Assembly: GCA_951406725.2 (NCBI GenBank)
Contig: OX597817.1
Coordinates: forward strand, 3,472,001 to 3,536,000
Direction: 5' to 3'
Length of the DNA: 64,000 nt
Source: Octopus vulgaris
Lineage: Eukaryota
The translations under genes were made by a program, and so were the position numbers. Positions within the stretch are counted from its first letter, which is position 1. Each line of letters starts with the position of its first letter. Shown here one piece after another: positions 39,173 through 55,319 of the stretch. Under the pieces are notes generated by a model, which made no database searches, was not told the origin of the DNA, and saw only the letters and a list, made by a program, of their open reading frames with translations.

Positions 39173-39433
39173 ACTGTGCAGGTGGCATGTAAAAAGAAAC
39201 ATTTGAGCGTGGCCATTGCCAGTACTGCCAGACTGGCCCTTGTGCCAGTGGCACGTAAAAGCATCCATTACACTCTTGGAGTGGTTGGCGTTAGGAAGAG
39301 CATCCAGCTGTAGAAACTCTGCCAGATCAGATTGGAGCCTGATGCAGCCATCTGGTTTGCCAGCCCTCAGTCAAATCGTCCAACCCATGCTAGCATGGAA
39401 AGCGGACGTTAAACGATGATGCTTATGATGATG
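39173..39433 (+). mobile_element. Retroposon family E
   Basis: Matches 28697-28908 and 49735-49971. Confidence 0.85.
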
Positions 39434-39911
39434 ATCCAATAATGAACAATGTGTTTTCAAAAATGTTGCCCACGAGCAAAAAAATTTTCTGATACTATTT
39501 CCGCAGTGAAAGGTCTTCCCATTATCAAGTTCACACGAATGTGACAAATAGCATTGTACATGCATATATTTTATCCAATATTGCTTTGTGGATCTTTAAG
39601 CTTTACTTATGCCAGCAAATTTATTGTTTGCTATTCTTGTATACCAGAACTATTGTTCTGATTTGGCAATAAAGGATGAATTTAGTATTCATCACTGAGA
39701 ATGTATAGTAACACTGACAGGCAGAAGTCATAGCTCGTTATGTTTCCACACATTGTCTAAGAGGAGTAATTTCTCCCAAAACAATTTCTGCGGCAAAAGG
39801 TCTTCCCCCATTTGAGCACATTTAAGCATGTTAAATATACTTGTAAATACATATCTGTTATACATATATATACATATATGTAGTATCTGTACCTAAATAT
39901 ATATATATATT

Positions 39912-40118
39912 CAATATGTGATCGCGTGTATATCGTTGACGATTTTCTTTCTCTATCTTCCCTTCCTTGGACCTTTCCTTTTTCTATGTTTCTGATGAAG
40001 AGCTCCACTTGAAACGTTAAATCCTCCTTCTTTCTTTCCTTTGCTGAGCGTCCACTATACTTGTTCCACATCCTCGCGTTGTTGTGTTTTCTCTTTGTGT
40101 TTTCATGTTTGGATTTAC

Positions 40119-40121
<3 letters not shown>
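39912..40121 (+). mobile_element. Short Penelope-like element in (TA)n with hammerhead-like motif at 39989-40021
   Basis: TTT-CTGATGA-a gag ctcca ctt-GAAA-c-GTT-AAA; palindromic AACGTT; TA tracts both sides. Confidence 0.65.
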
Positions 40122-40177
<56 letters not shown>

Positions 40178-40182
<5 letters not shown>

Positions 40183-40510
40183 TGCAGCGTGGAAGGTGTT
40201 TGTAAGCCATTTAAGAAACACACAAAAGCCGTTCGATTCACTTCAACATTTAAGTTTAATTTGTCAAAATATTTTCGTCGCTAAAATCCGCGACCTGTTC
40301 ACTGACAAAAATCCGCATTTTTGTCAGTGAACAGGTCGCGGTCTCAAAACGACGAAAATATTTTGACAAATTAAATTTAAATGCTGAAGTGAATCGAACG
40401 GCTTTTGTGTGTTTCTTAAATGGCTTACAAACACCTTCCATGCTGCAATTGTTTTCGTTTCAGCACACGATCTCAGATCAAATCACTTGCTATGCGAGTA
40501 CATCTCCCTA
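40178..40510 (+). mobile_element. Short element with 135-bp 5' inverted duplication (40178-40312 / 40317-40452), in (TA)n
   Basis: Near-perfect hairpin; same family as 47955-48140. Confidence 0.85.
40320..40370 (+). ncRNA. Type-I hammerhead-like fold with G3:C8 swapped core (mirror copy on minus strand at 40260-40309)
   Basis: TTTGTCA-GTGAACA-g GTCG..CGAC-GAAA-ata-TTT-TGACAAA; 7-bp stem I, palindromic AAAATATTTT. Confidence 0.55.
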
Positions 40511-40829
40511 TATATATATATATATGAGTGTGTATGTGTGTGAATGTCTACACAATCACACACACATGCTTGCATGTATTCATGCTTGATAGTAAGACAC
40601 ATGATTTGCAGGGTTATTCATAATTAGGCTTAGGAAGGTGTTATTCAATAGTTCTCAGTCTATATAAATTATGAATTATTTGGAACAGCAACATATGTGT
40701 GAATTATATTTATATTTATCTATGTATTCATGCAAATATACATAAATATATGTGTGAGTGTATGTGTGTGTGTGTGTGTGTATGTGTGCATGTATGTGCA
40801 TATGTATGTCTTTAACTGAAATTCTGAAA

Positions 40830-41012
40830 TCCAAAATCCAAGTGAGAGAGGGATCACAAATGGAAACTTTCAGAAATAATTTATGAAGTTTCATCACTAA
40901 TCTGTCTCCTTTTAACAGAACAAATATAAAATCATTTCAAAATTTGAGGAAATCTAAAATCTGAAACATCTTCCACCCCAAGTGTTTCAAATTAACAAAA
41001 TATTCAATATAT
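40830..41012 (+). mobile_element. Possible pogo/Tigger (MER2-like) terminal relic
   Basis: aaatctgaaacatcttccaccccaagtgtttcaaatt..atattcaa resembles recalled MER2-type ends; other end not found. Confidence 0.35.
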
Positions 41013-41016
41013 ACAC

Positions 41017-41057
<41 letters not shown>

Positions 41058-41074
41058 TATATATAAATAAATAT

Positions 41075-41700
41075 AGGGATGGTATTATTAAAATACCATC
41101 ACAAGTGGTAAGCGAATTATTAGCCGTACAGGCAAATTAATAAAATATATACATACAATATTAGATATGTACATACATACATAAGGGTACTAAATGAGTA
41201 CCTATATCGCTCATGATAGAAGTCAAAAAATACTTCTGTACCACTGAAAAGTCACAAATCTATTATAGACAAGATAGGAAAACATATCAGTGAACAATAA
41301 TAATGTCTTGCCCATTTGAGGTAAGACATTATTATTATTCACTGATACTTTTTCCTATCTAGTCTGGCCTGAAGAGTAGCCTGTGGTTTACACCTTGCTT
41401 GAATATTTATCACTTCTGTGGTTCTGTTCGCTATGAAACATTTGTAGCCCGGATCTAATCCACTCCATTCTGTAACTCTTGCATTCTTATTCGCACACCT
41501 TAGCAACCCTGGTTGCCTACCATGAAATATAAAAAGAACTTTTTTCAGTTTATCGTACTTCAATATGAAAAATATCCACAACCTTCTGTCTCAATAAATC
41601 ACAAATAAATCCCTGAAAGTTGTTTTTTATATTTACTATGGATTGCTTGAAGCTACTTTCTCCCTACACCTCAATCCCTGGATCTTACATTTTTATATAT
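41075..41700 (+). mobile_element. Penelope-like non-coding element in (TA)n with internal hairpin (41267-41365) and hammerhead motif
   Basis: 46-bp inverted arms directly followed by the motif at 41366-41449. Confidence 0.6.
41366..41449 (+). ncRNA. Type-I hammerhead motif with long loop II
   Basis: GGC-CTGAAGA-GTAGC...GCTAT-GAAA-cattt-GTA-GCC. Confidence 0.6.
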
Positions 41701-41880
41701 CTAACTATCTATCTGTCTATATATGTATATACTTACCACAAAAAATAACAAGGTAAAAGTTTTTATTTTCATTCCCTTCGAAAATTGCTCGTAAATGTGG
41801 TTTTGGTAATTTTGACTGCTTCTTCTAGCATGTAAAAATTACCTGTTAAATGTAGTTTTCTCTTGCGTTTAATTGTACAC

Positions 41881-41923
<43 letters not shown>

Positions 41924-42046
41924 TAAATAAATGGTACAACGAAGCACCAATATTTGTGCCATTTATTTACTTTTATATGTATAATTTTACCCTCACGGGC
42001 TATCCTTTACTGGAAAGCAATACTCTCGTATTGCATTATTATTTTC

Positions 42047-42082
<36 letters not shown>

Positions 42083-42609
42083 CAACCCATGCTAGCATGG
42101 AAAGCGGATGTTAAATGATGATGATGATGATGATGATGAAACACATATTTATAATTTTATACGTGTCTATATATTACCACAATATATATGCCCTTAAATA
42201 TGTATAGATATATCTCTCCATATTCATGTGTGTGCATATATGTATGCAAGCAGTAGAATAAGAAATCTAACAATTAGAAAAAAAAACAAAACAAAACAAA
42301 ATATATAAAACAATTAATTAGCTCAGGCAACAACAGCATCATTAACTAAAAAAAAACACTCCCCAAATCACCATCATCAAAATCACACCACTACATTACA
42401 AATAGTAATATAAACAAGAACAATAAGAAACAAAAATAAAACGATCCCAAACAGAACCAAAAATACAATAAAGAAATAAAGACAAAATTTGCCACCACTT
42501 AAAAGTAATAATAGTTTGAAATATAGCTAAATCTGCTATTCTAGCTATTAGAAATAACTTCTGATGAACCCTATTATTCAACATCTATTTCTATTGTTCT
42601 TTGTGAGAA

Positions 42610-42990
42610 GCAATTCACTAGACACCGGACACCCAACACTGTCGAAGGCTTCCTTTAGGGTCAAGAACTGCAGGATAAACTTGTTTGTTCTTTATCAAGA
42701 ACTTTTCATGCCGATGCTTCTACAACAAATCCAGCATTTATGATTCCGTGACCTGGCACACTACCAAAACTGCATGTCATCTAATACTTCACATTACTTC
42801 ATGCTGGGCAGGTTTTGTTTACGACTTGATCTACCACATTCATAATCATAACTTGCTCCATTAGACTGAGACCCCACTAATTTCCACTTGCTCATGAATT
42901 TCCTTTAACCTTTTGTGTCCATTGACAAGAGCAGTGGTACTAAGCTATGTCTTTCTGGTAACACACTTTCCTGTACATTCTGATTAGTAA
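42610..42990 (-). mobile_element. RTE-like reverse transcriptase fragment, decayed
   Basis: Minus strand reads with frameshifts DDMQF.GSVPG..INAGFVV..HEKFLIKNKQVY..LD..AFDSV (QFGF.PG / DLEKAFD motifs). Confidence 0.65.
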
Positions 42991-43039
42991 GCTAAAGTGA
43001 GTTGAGTTAGTGACTAGCACCACTTGCTTAGAATCACAA

Positions 43040-43106
<67 letters not shown>

Positions 43107-43315
43107 CCATTGCATATATGCGTATGTGTGTGTGTTTAAGTTAGCACGTAGTATGAACGGTGTTGAATGTTTATGAATCTCACTGTTCAGCTATGTATGT
43201 ATGTGAGTGTGTATGTGTGTATGTCTAGATACACACACACACACACATATATATACACACGCATATACAAAGAGAGAGAGAGAAAGAGAAACTTACACAT
43301 CCATTAATACATCTT

Positions 43316-43358
<43 letters not shown>

Positions 43359-43569
43359 CTATCTACACATATATGCCTACATGCACTCATGTACTATTTG
43401 TGTAGATATACATACGTGTATATATATATATATAGATATGTACGTATGTATGGAGTTTCAACTCACCCGCTGTTGTCTATAAGTCTGCACTGGTTGCGTT
43501 AATATGCACAATTGTCACTGTACATTTATTCACATATGCATATATGTATTTGGATGCCTCTTTTATCGG

Positions 43570-44570
<1,001 letters not shown>

Positions 44571-45784
44571 AAACAACTCCTGTTACCCTAACCCTAACCC
44601 CACCCTAGATTCTAACTTTTATCATTCACCAACCTATCTTCCTTCAGATTTATCTATTTATTCTTATTTATGTTTCGGCTGCTCACTTTCATACAATGTG
44701 CACACAACACTACCTAGCTGCAATTCTATGTACTCAAACTACCGAATTTACTTTCCACAACTTAGATTGCATTGCACAGACAGAAATCCCAGCACTTTGC
44801 CATGTGTCTGTTCTGCTGTGTGTTATAAGTGTATAAGTGTGCATTTGTATGCAGACAGTTGCAGTTAGACAAACCCTCTCCCACACAGATACACAAAAAC
44901 ACAAACAAGTACATAGAGACAAATATACATTCAAATAAATACATGTATATATATAAATAGGTCAGTGACTGTTTTGGATTATATGCGTGAGTATATATTA
45001 GTGTGTGAATGTCTGATTATTCTGCATATACGAATGTGTGTATATATCTGTTTGTGAATATAAATAGTTGGCTCATGCAAATATTTATTGCTATGCAGCT
45101 AGACACTGTGCTGCATAGTCAAATGTAAGGGTGTGTATGTAATGTGGTGCACAAATACTTGCTAAGTATGGTAGTGAGATGCAAGCAGTGTGCACCCAGC
45201 AATGTATATTTTTACACATACAGCACTGTGCATTAGTGTAATAAGTAAGTAGGTGTTGTGCTATGTAGGTTGGTAAATTCTTATGAAAGTAAGCGTGTGT
45301 GGTTGCACAATTGCGTGAGTGAATGATTGAGTGTGTGTGTGCGTGGGTATGTGCGTCTGTGCGTGTTTCTAACTTGTCAATATGTGTAAAGAGGAATATC
45401 ATGTGCTTGTTTGGGTGTGTATGTGTGATTGTCTGTGTGAATGTGTATGTGCATATCTTTCTTTATGTGTGTGTCTGTGTGTCTTTTTGTGTGTGTATGA
45501 ATGTATAAAGTAACTATGTTACGTCTAATTTTAGAAGAATTCTTTAACAAAAACATACTTTTCTTTGTGTATATATGAATACATATGTATACACAGTTGT
45601 GAGTATGTAGATATATACTTACTTGCATGCACACAACACACACACACACACGCACACATAGATAAACATCTGTATGTGTGTGTATATGTACATACATACA
45701 CACACATATATATAAGTATATGCATATGTATATATATGTATATGTATGTATATATATATATATATATATATATAAGAGTATATA

Positions 45785-45815
<31 letters not shown>

Positions 45816-45964
45816 GTACATGTATATAAATATGTATATATGTATGTGTATATATATCAGTATATATGTATATGTGTATATATAGGTATATATATATTTG
45901 TGTATATGTATATATTTATATATATATGTATATGTATATATATATGAATATGTATATATATATG

Positions 45965-46021
<57 letters not shown>

Positions 46022-46509
46022 GTATGTATATATCTATATATATTTGTAGATATACATATGTATATATATGTGTGTATATATGTTTATAAATGCACAAATA
46101 TATATTTATATATATGTAAATATATAGGAAAAAAGCAACAAGAATGGATATGTAAATATATGTATATATGGATATGTATATATATATGTACCTGTATATA
46201 TATGTATATATGTATATATATGTATGTATGTATATCTATATATATATATAGGTATGTGTATATATGTACCTGTATATATATGTATATATATATATATGTA
46301 TACATGTATATATATGTATGTATATATATATTTGTATATATATATATATATATATATGTATGCAAATATATATGTCTATATATAAATATGTATATATATG
46401 TATGTCTATATATATTAATATATATATATATATATAAATATGTATATATATATACATGTATATATATATTAAATATGTATATATATATATATGTATATAT
46501 GTAAATATC

Positions 46510-46544
<35 letters not shown>

Positions 46545-46583
46545 TTTATTTAAGTATATATAAAGTATATATATATATATATA

Positions 46584-46760
46584 CTTTATTTAAAGCAGCA
46601 CAAAATCCTACAAAACTGTCCGATGAGCAGCAATGTGAAACTCAGAGTAACAGGTTTTGTAGAATTTTCTGCTGCTTTAAATAAAGCATATTACTCCACC
46701 ACTGGTATTTGAGTACTCTTTTTTTCCAACTTGTTTCACATTTATGTGTTTACTCCGGTA
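46584..46760 (+). mobile_element. Short Penelope-like element with short 5' inversion and CCGATGA hammerhead-like motif (46616-46653)
   Basis: CTGT-CCGATGA-gc agcaat gt-GAAA-ctcaga-GTA-ACAG; 46584-46615 is an inverted copy of 46655-46686. Confidence 0.7.
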
Positions 46761-46907
46761 TATATATATATATATATATATACATGAATTATATAAATAT
46801 GCATTTATATATGTATCTATCTACATAAATATATATGTATATATATATTAATGTATATATGTAAATATCTACATATATATATGTATATATATAAATATGT
46901 ATATTTG

Positions 46908-47062
46908 TACACTCTCAGAGTGGTTGGCATCAGGAAGGGCATCCAGGTGTAGAAACTCTGCCAGATCAAATTGAGCCTGGTGCAGCCTTCTGCTCAACAG
47001 TGCTCAGTCAAACCGTCCGACCCATGTCATCATGGAAATGACACGTTAAATGATGATTATGA
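46908..47062 (+). mobile_element. Retroposon family E, 3' part
   Basis: gagtggttggcatcaggaagggcatccag..gttaaatgatgat. Confidence 0.8.
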
Positions 47063-47065
47063 TAT

Positions 47066-47280
47066 ACTCTTTACTCTCTTATACTCTTTTACTTGTTTCA
47101 GTCGTTTGACTGTGGCCATGCTGGAGCACCGCCTTTTGTCAAGCAAATCGACCCCGGGACTTATTCATTGTAAGTACTTATTCTATCAGTCTCTTTTCCG
47201 AACCGCTAAGTGATGGGGACGTAAACACACCAGCATCGGTTGTCAAGCAATGGTAGGGGTGACAAACACAGTAGACCAAA
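47066..47280 (-). mobile_element. SINE family B, 3' half
   Basis: Family B tail consensus. Confidence 0.85.
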
Positions 47281-47283
47281 CAT

Positions 47284-47345
<62 letters not shown>

Positions 47346-47381
47346 GTGTATATATATGTATATATATATACATATACATAC

Positions 47382-47425
<44 letters not shown>

Positions 47426-47460
47426 GTGTATATATATGTATATATATATACATATACATA

Positions 47461-47516
<56 letters not shown>

Positions 47517-47520
47517 CATA

Positions 47521-47550
<30 letters not shown>

Positions 47551-47551
<1 letters not shown>

Positions 47552-47914
47552 GGCTCCTAGGGAGCGTTTTGTTCGAAAAGCTTGCTGCGCATTTGTTTTG
47601 AGATTTTAAATTTCTGGATTTTCCCTGAAGAGAAAGCTGCAGAATGGTCTCCTTATTCAATCCGAATTTGGGAATTTGTAGCCTTTGAAACATGTGTAGA
47701 AAATAATAAAAAGGAATTTTGTAGAATCTTCATTCGGCTCCATTTCTTCCCTTCACTAAATATATAAAACTTCAATTATCCGCGCTATAAGCACGGGGGC
47801 GAAAACCCATGGTCGTAACCTCAACCGTGTCTTTTCTGGTGTGATTTTTGCTACACAGGTATCGGTTAAATTTTGAATAATCCGTAACAAGATAATTCAT
47901 TTATCCATTTCATT

Positions 47915-47915
<1 letters not shown>
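47551..47915 (+). mobile_element. Short Penelope-like element in (TA)n with hammerhead motif at 47620-47703
   Basis: tttcc-CTGAAGA-gaaagctgcaga...tttgtagccttt-GAAA-catgt-GTA-gaaaa; TA tracts both sides. Confidence 0.65.
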
Positions 47916-47948
<33 letters not shown>

Positions 47949-47954
47949 TGTAGC

Positions 47955-48140
47955 ACGGATTTTTGTCAGTGAACAGGTCGCGGATTTTAGCGACGAAAAT
48001 ATTTTGACAAATTAAACTTAAATGTTGAGCAGCTTTTGTGTGTTTCTTAAATGGCTTACAAACACCTTCCACGCTGCAATTGTTTTCGTTTCAGCACACG
48101 ATCTCAGATCAAATCACTTGCTATGCAAGTACATCTCCCT
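47955..48140 (+). mobile_element. Second locus of the G3:C8 hammerhead-like family (motif 47962-48011)
   Basis: TTTGTCA-GTGAACA-g GTCGC ggatttta GCGAC-GAAA-ata-TTT-TGACAAA; rest matches 40370-40510. Confidence 0.8.
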
Positions 48141-48243
48141 ATATATACATATAATTATACATATATATATATATATATACATATAAATATACATACTTAT
48201 ATACATACATATATATATGTATACATATATATATACATATATC

Positions 48244-48279
<36 letters not shown>

Positions 48280-48425
48280 AATATATATATGTATATATAT
48301 ATGTATACATATATATATGTATGTATATATGTATGTATATTTATATGTATATATATATATATATGTGTATAATTATATGTATATGTATTTATATATATGG
48401 ATGTATATATGTCTGTATATATATA

Positions 48426-48456
<31 letters not shown>

Positions 48457-48490
48457 ATGTATATGTATCTATGTATATGTATATATATGT

Positions 48491-48521
<31 letters not shown>

Positions 48522-48537
48522 TGTATATATATGTATA

Positions 48538-48730
48538 TTCGCCATGATAGATCACTAGCCACTACACATTCTTTATTTTCTCTCCTTGTTTCTTTCTGTG
48601 TTCCTTTCTGTGGAAGAGCGTAGGCTCAAAACATTAAAGACTTTTTCACTTCCCGAGCATTATACTAATGCATTTGTTGGTTACCTACACCACCTGTCTT
48701 TGTTCTTGATTTTTTGTAAATTCTCTCCCA
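48538..48730 (+). mobile_element. Short element in (TA)n with decayed hammerhead-like motif (48604-48639)
   Basis: CTTT-ctgtgga-a gagc gtag gctc-aaaa-ca-tt-AAAG; core mutated; homolog at 7361-7500 retains GAAACGTC. Confidence 0.55.
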
Positions 48731-48751
48731 TATAATTTATATATATATATA

Positions 48752-49036
48752 TCACCGTGATTACCATGACTGACCAGGCTATCAGATGTTGTTTAACATC
48801 GCAGGTCACAATGGACTTCGCATTGTTTTAGCCTTCAAATGACACCACACCGCTGGCAAAGATAGCAGGTCAACAGAAGAAAGAGTGAGAGAAAGTTGTG
48901 ACAAAAGAGGACAGCAGGGATTGCCCCTATAGCTTTTTTCACTCAATAAACACACTCAAAACGCCCAATCTGGGAATTGAAACTGTGATCCTACGACCGC
49001 GAGTCCACTGTCATAACCACAGAGCCATTGTGCCTC

Positions 49037-49040
<4 letters not shown>
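48752..49040 (-). mobile_element. SINE with family C head/body but a different 3' tail
   Basis: Head tggaggcacaatgg..ggactcgcggtc and caactttctctcactct shared with C; downstream sequence unrelated. Confidence 0.8.
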
Positions 49041-49079
<39 letters not shown>

Positions 49080-49092
49080 ATTATGATGATGT

Positions 49093-49124
<32 letters not shown>

Positions 49125-49631
49125 GCATATATATATATATATATATATATACTTATACATATGTATATATATATATATTTTTCATTATTTCTAATTTTTA
49201 GTTTTATCTCAAAGCTGTGTCCATGCGGAGCACCACAAGTATATATATACACACACAGAAACAGACATGTATGTCTATATGTATATATATATATATATAT
49301 ATGCATACATACATGTATATGCATATGTATAATTATATATGTGTATATATATATTTATATATACTTATGTATATATATAAAAATATATATACTCATACAC
49401 GTACATTTTTATCTATATATATGTATGTATATACACATACAGACATTTATATATATACGTGTTTATGTGTGTGTATGTATTGAAGTAGTGCTGAAAAACT
49501 TATAAAGTTCATAGTGTCTGAAGGAGTATTGATAATATAAATGAATTGGTTCTTAAAGTGACTTCAAACTATCAATGACATTTGCTTGATAAGGGTAAAG
49601 AGATATGATATATATATATATATATTCACAT

Positions 49632-49664
<33 letters not shown>

Positions 49665-49665
49665 C

Positions 49666-49723
<58 letters not shown>

Positions 49724-49734
49724 AATTAAAAAAA

Positions 49735-49968
49735 AACACCATCCGAGCGTGGCCGTCTGCCAGCCTCGTCTGGCACCTGTGTCGGTGGCACATAAAATCA
49801 CCCACTACACTCTCGGAGTGGTTGGCGTTAGGAAGGGCATCCAGCTGTAGAACACTGCCAGATCTGACTGGCCTGGTGCAGCCTTCGTGCTCCCCAGACT
49901 TCAGTTGAACCGTCCAACCCATGCTAGCATGGAAAGCGGACGTTAAATGATGATGATGATGATGATGA

Positions 49969-49971
<3 letters not shown>
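49735..49971 (+). mobile_element. Retroposon family E
   Basis: Family E consensus with (ATG)n tail. Confidence 0.88.
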
Positions 49972-50005
<34 letters not shown>

Positions 50006-50102
50006 GATGGAGAGAGACGAAAAGAGGGAGAGTTCTAATATGTATATATATATATATGTATACACATGCATATATATATATATATGTATATATATGTATC
50101 AA

Positions 50103-50133
<31 letters not shown>

Positions 50134-50727
50134 GCATGTATATATGTGTATATACATATATGTAAGTATATATGTATCTATATATATATGCATATACATA
50201 TATATATATAGATATATGTATATATGTATATATATGTGTGTCTATATATATGTATGTATATATATACATATATACACAAACATATATATATAAGTACATA
50301 CATGTATATGTATATATATATGTATATACATACATAAATATACATATATATATATATATATAAATATATATATGCATATATATATATATATACATATGCC
50401 TATATATATACCCACACTCATATATATATAGATATATATATATATACACACATATATACACATATGTATATATATATGAATTATATATATATTATATATA
50501 TATTTATATATATATATACAAATATATTTATATATAAATGTATATATATATATATATATATTTATATACATATATATATAAATATATTTATATATAAATG
50601 TATATAAATATTTATATATATCTATAAATATATTTATTTATAAATGTATATATATACAATTATATATAAATGTATATATATTGATATATAGATGTATATA
50701 CATTTACATATAAATGTATATATTTAC

Positions 50728-50790
<63 letters not shown>

Positions 50791-50883
50791 TGTGTGTGTG
50801 TATTTATATATACATTTAAATTACTCAGTTGCTCTTTCCTCGTCATTCTATCACTGCCTATCTGTCTCTTTCTCACACTGTCA

Positions 50884-50950
<67 letters not shown>

Positions 50951-50987
50951 GATCGATCTATCTATCTGTCTATCTGTCTATCTATCA

Positions 50988-51021
<34 letters not shown>

Positions 51022-51027
51022 ATATTC

Positions 51028-51068
<41 letters not shown>

Positions 51069-51253
51069 TACATACATGGAAAACACACACATGCACACAG
51101 TCACATAACTCAATGCATAAGTAGATACACATGTATATATGCTTATACAAATATGTGTATGCATATGTACTCACACATGCATTTGTGCATATATGTACTC
51201 ATATGCACATGCCTACATACATGGATACATACACAGATGCACATGCACATATG

Positions 51254-51291
<38 letters not shown>

Positions 51292-51294
51292 CAT

Positions 51295-51415
<121 letters not shown>

Positions 51416-51700
51416 CTTCAGAGGCCCACAGCTATTTAGTATTCTCCCAAAGAGCCTGAGGGACCATCACAAAGTGGATGTAGGTGTTTTCAAAGCAAAA
51501 TTGGACCTGTTCCTGATGAGTGTCCCAGGTGAACCTACCTCACGGCAAGAGGTGGAAATGAGGGTAGCGACAACACACCCACTTATTCCCCAAATGCCAC
51601 ATATTAGAGGAGGCTCTCAATAATAACAGTGTTGCAAAATGGCGGTGCCCCAGCATGGACACAGCACTGTGCTGAAACTAGAAATGAGAAATAAAGAATA
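51416..51700 (+). mobile_element. L2/CR1-group LINE extreme 3' end
   Basis: [33 protein letters not shown]-terminal motif, stop at 51623, 3' UTR ggcggtgccccagcatggacacagc..gctgaaac. Confidence 0.75.
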
Positions 51701-51730
51701 ACAATATGTGTGTCTATCTATCTATCTATA

Positions 51731-51780
<50 letters not shown>

Positions 51781-51976
51781 GCTATCTATCTATCTATCTA
51801 TATATGTAAGTATATACATGTTTCTGTGTATATATATATAATTATACATACATATTTCTATACATTATGGATTTATGCATACATATATATAATATATATA
51901 TTCGCGCAAACATATTGATGTGTGTATGCTTGTGTGTGTGTATATGTGTATTTTTCTGTATATATATACATATATC

Positions 51977-52017
<41 letters not shown>

Positions 52018-52206
52018 ATATATGTAAATGTAAATATATATCATTATATATATGCTTAGATATATACATTTATACATGTGTTGAAACACACAAACAAAAA
52101 CACACACACATACACACATATATATGTATGCATATATATATATATATACACACACACACATACACACACACATATGTAACTCTACATATCTATATTCATA
52201 TAGTTC

Positions 52207-52244
<38 letters not shown>

Positions 52245-52329
52245 TATACATACATATTTCTATACATATATACATATACCTAATGCATATATACATATAT
52301 ACATACATACCTACATACACACATACATA

Positions 52330-53510
<1,181 letters not shown>

Positions 53511-53789
53511 AGATATATATGTATATATAAGTCTCTCTCTCTCTCTGTCTACACACACACTTGTATATAAATATATATATATGTATGTACATACATATAG
53601 ACATATGCATGCATATGTGTATGTACATATATATATATACATATCTGTATGTATAAATATATATATATATTTATATATTTGTATATATATATATACATGT
53701 ATATATCTATATATATGATATATAGATATATAAACGTACATATGTAGACACACACACATGTATGTTTTTATGTCTCCCCCTATTTATAC

Positions 53790-53849
<60 letters not shown>

Positions 53850-54174
53850 GAATATACTTATACATATATATACACATATAAACATGTATATATACTTATG
53901 TTAGTGTATATAAGTATATATATATACACACATTTTTGTAGATTTGTATATGGATTTTTACATATGGATTTTTACATAAATACATATGTATGTATATATT
54001 TATATATGTGTATATATGTGTATGTATATTTACATATATATCATAATATTTCTATATCTATACATATCTATGTTTCCATGTCTCTGCCTATATATGTATG
54101 TATGTATGTATGTATTTCTCTATCTTAAAATACATTCATGTATTCTGGGCTTCTGTCAAAATTTTAACTTAATG

Positions 54175-54211
<37 letters not shown>

Positions 54212-54628
54212 ATGTATGTGTATGTATGTGTATGCATATATATATAAATATATATATATGTAAGTTTACACGAAATATATATTTAATGCATGTGTATAAA
54301 CACACACATGCACATTCATATATACAAACACACATATAAATATATATTGATATATATTGATATCCCTACTTACACTTGTAGAAACAGATATATACATACA
54401 TATAAATATACATATATATATACGTATATATATATGTACATATATATATACATATATATATACATATATACATATTTACACAAAGATTTATATGCAGGTA
54501 TATAAATACAAATATTTCTATTCATGTATATATTTACATACATACATAAATACATACAGACCCATGTATATAGGCATATATATATATACACATATATATA
54601 ACATACAAATATATATTGTGTGTGTGTA

Positions 54629-54661
<33 letters not shown>

Positions 54662-54783
54662 TTATAAGGATTTATATATATATATATATATATATACTGA
54701 CATTCAATTGTGCAGATTCATACATATAGCTATATTATTCACACACATGCTTATTTATTTATGTATATATATAAACACACCCT

Positions 54784-54828
<45 letters not shown>

Positions 54829-55090
54829 GTATATATATATATACTTATGCATATACATATGTATATCTACACTCATATATATATATATATATGTGTGTGT
54901 GTATGTATTCCTGTTTGTGTGCATATGTATTCACACACACACGCACGCACGCACACACAGACACACATATATATGTGAGTGTATATATATATATATATAT
55001 ATGTATATAAATCTATATTCATATGTATACGTATTTATCCATGTATGCACTTATACATATATATACATACATACATACATACATATATAC

Positions 55091-55161
<71 letters not shown>

Positions 55162-55319
55162 TATATATATACATACATACATACATACAAAATATAAATA
55201 TAGACACCCATGCAGACATTTAGATCACTCTATGAAACACGCAAAATTTGTAGTGTTTAGTTTAAAAAGATTTTATAATTTTGACCGGTATGAAAGAGTT
55301 CTATTACCTGTTGCTTCTC

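Noticed and set aside
44586-44600. ccctaaccctaaccc telomere-like motif
   Set aside because: Only about two units; expected by chance
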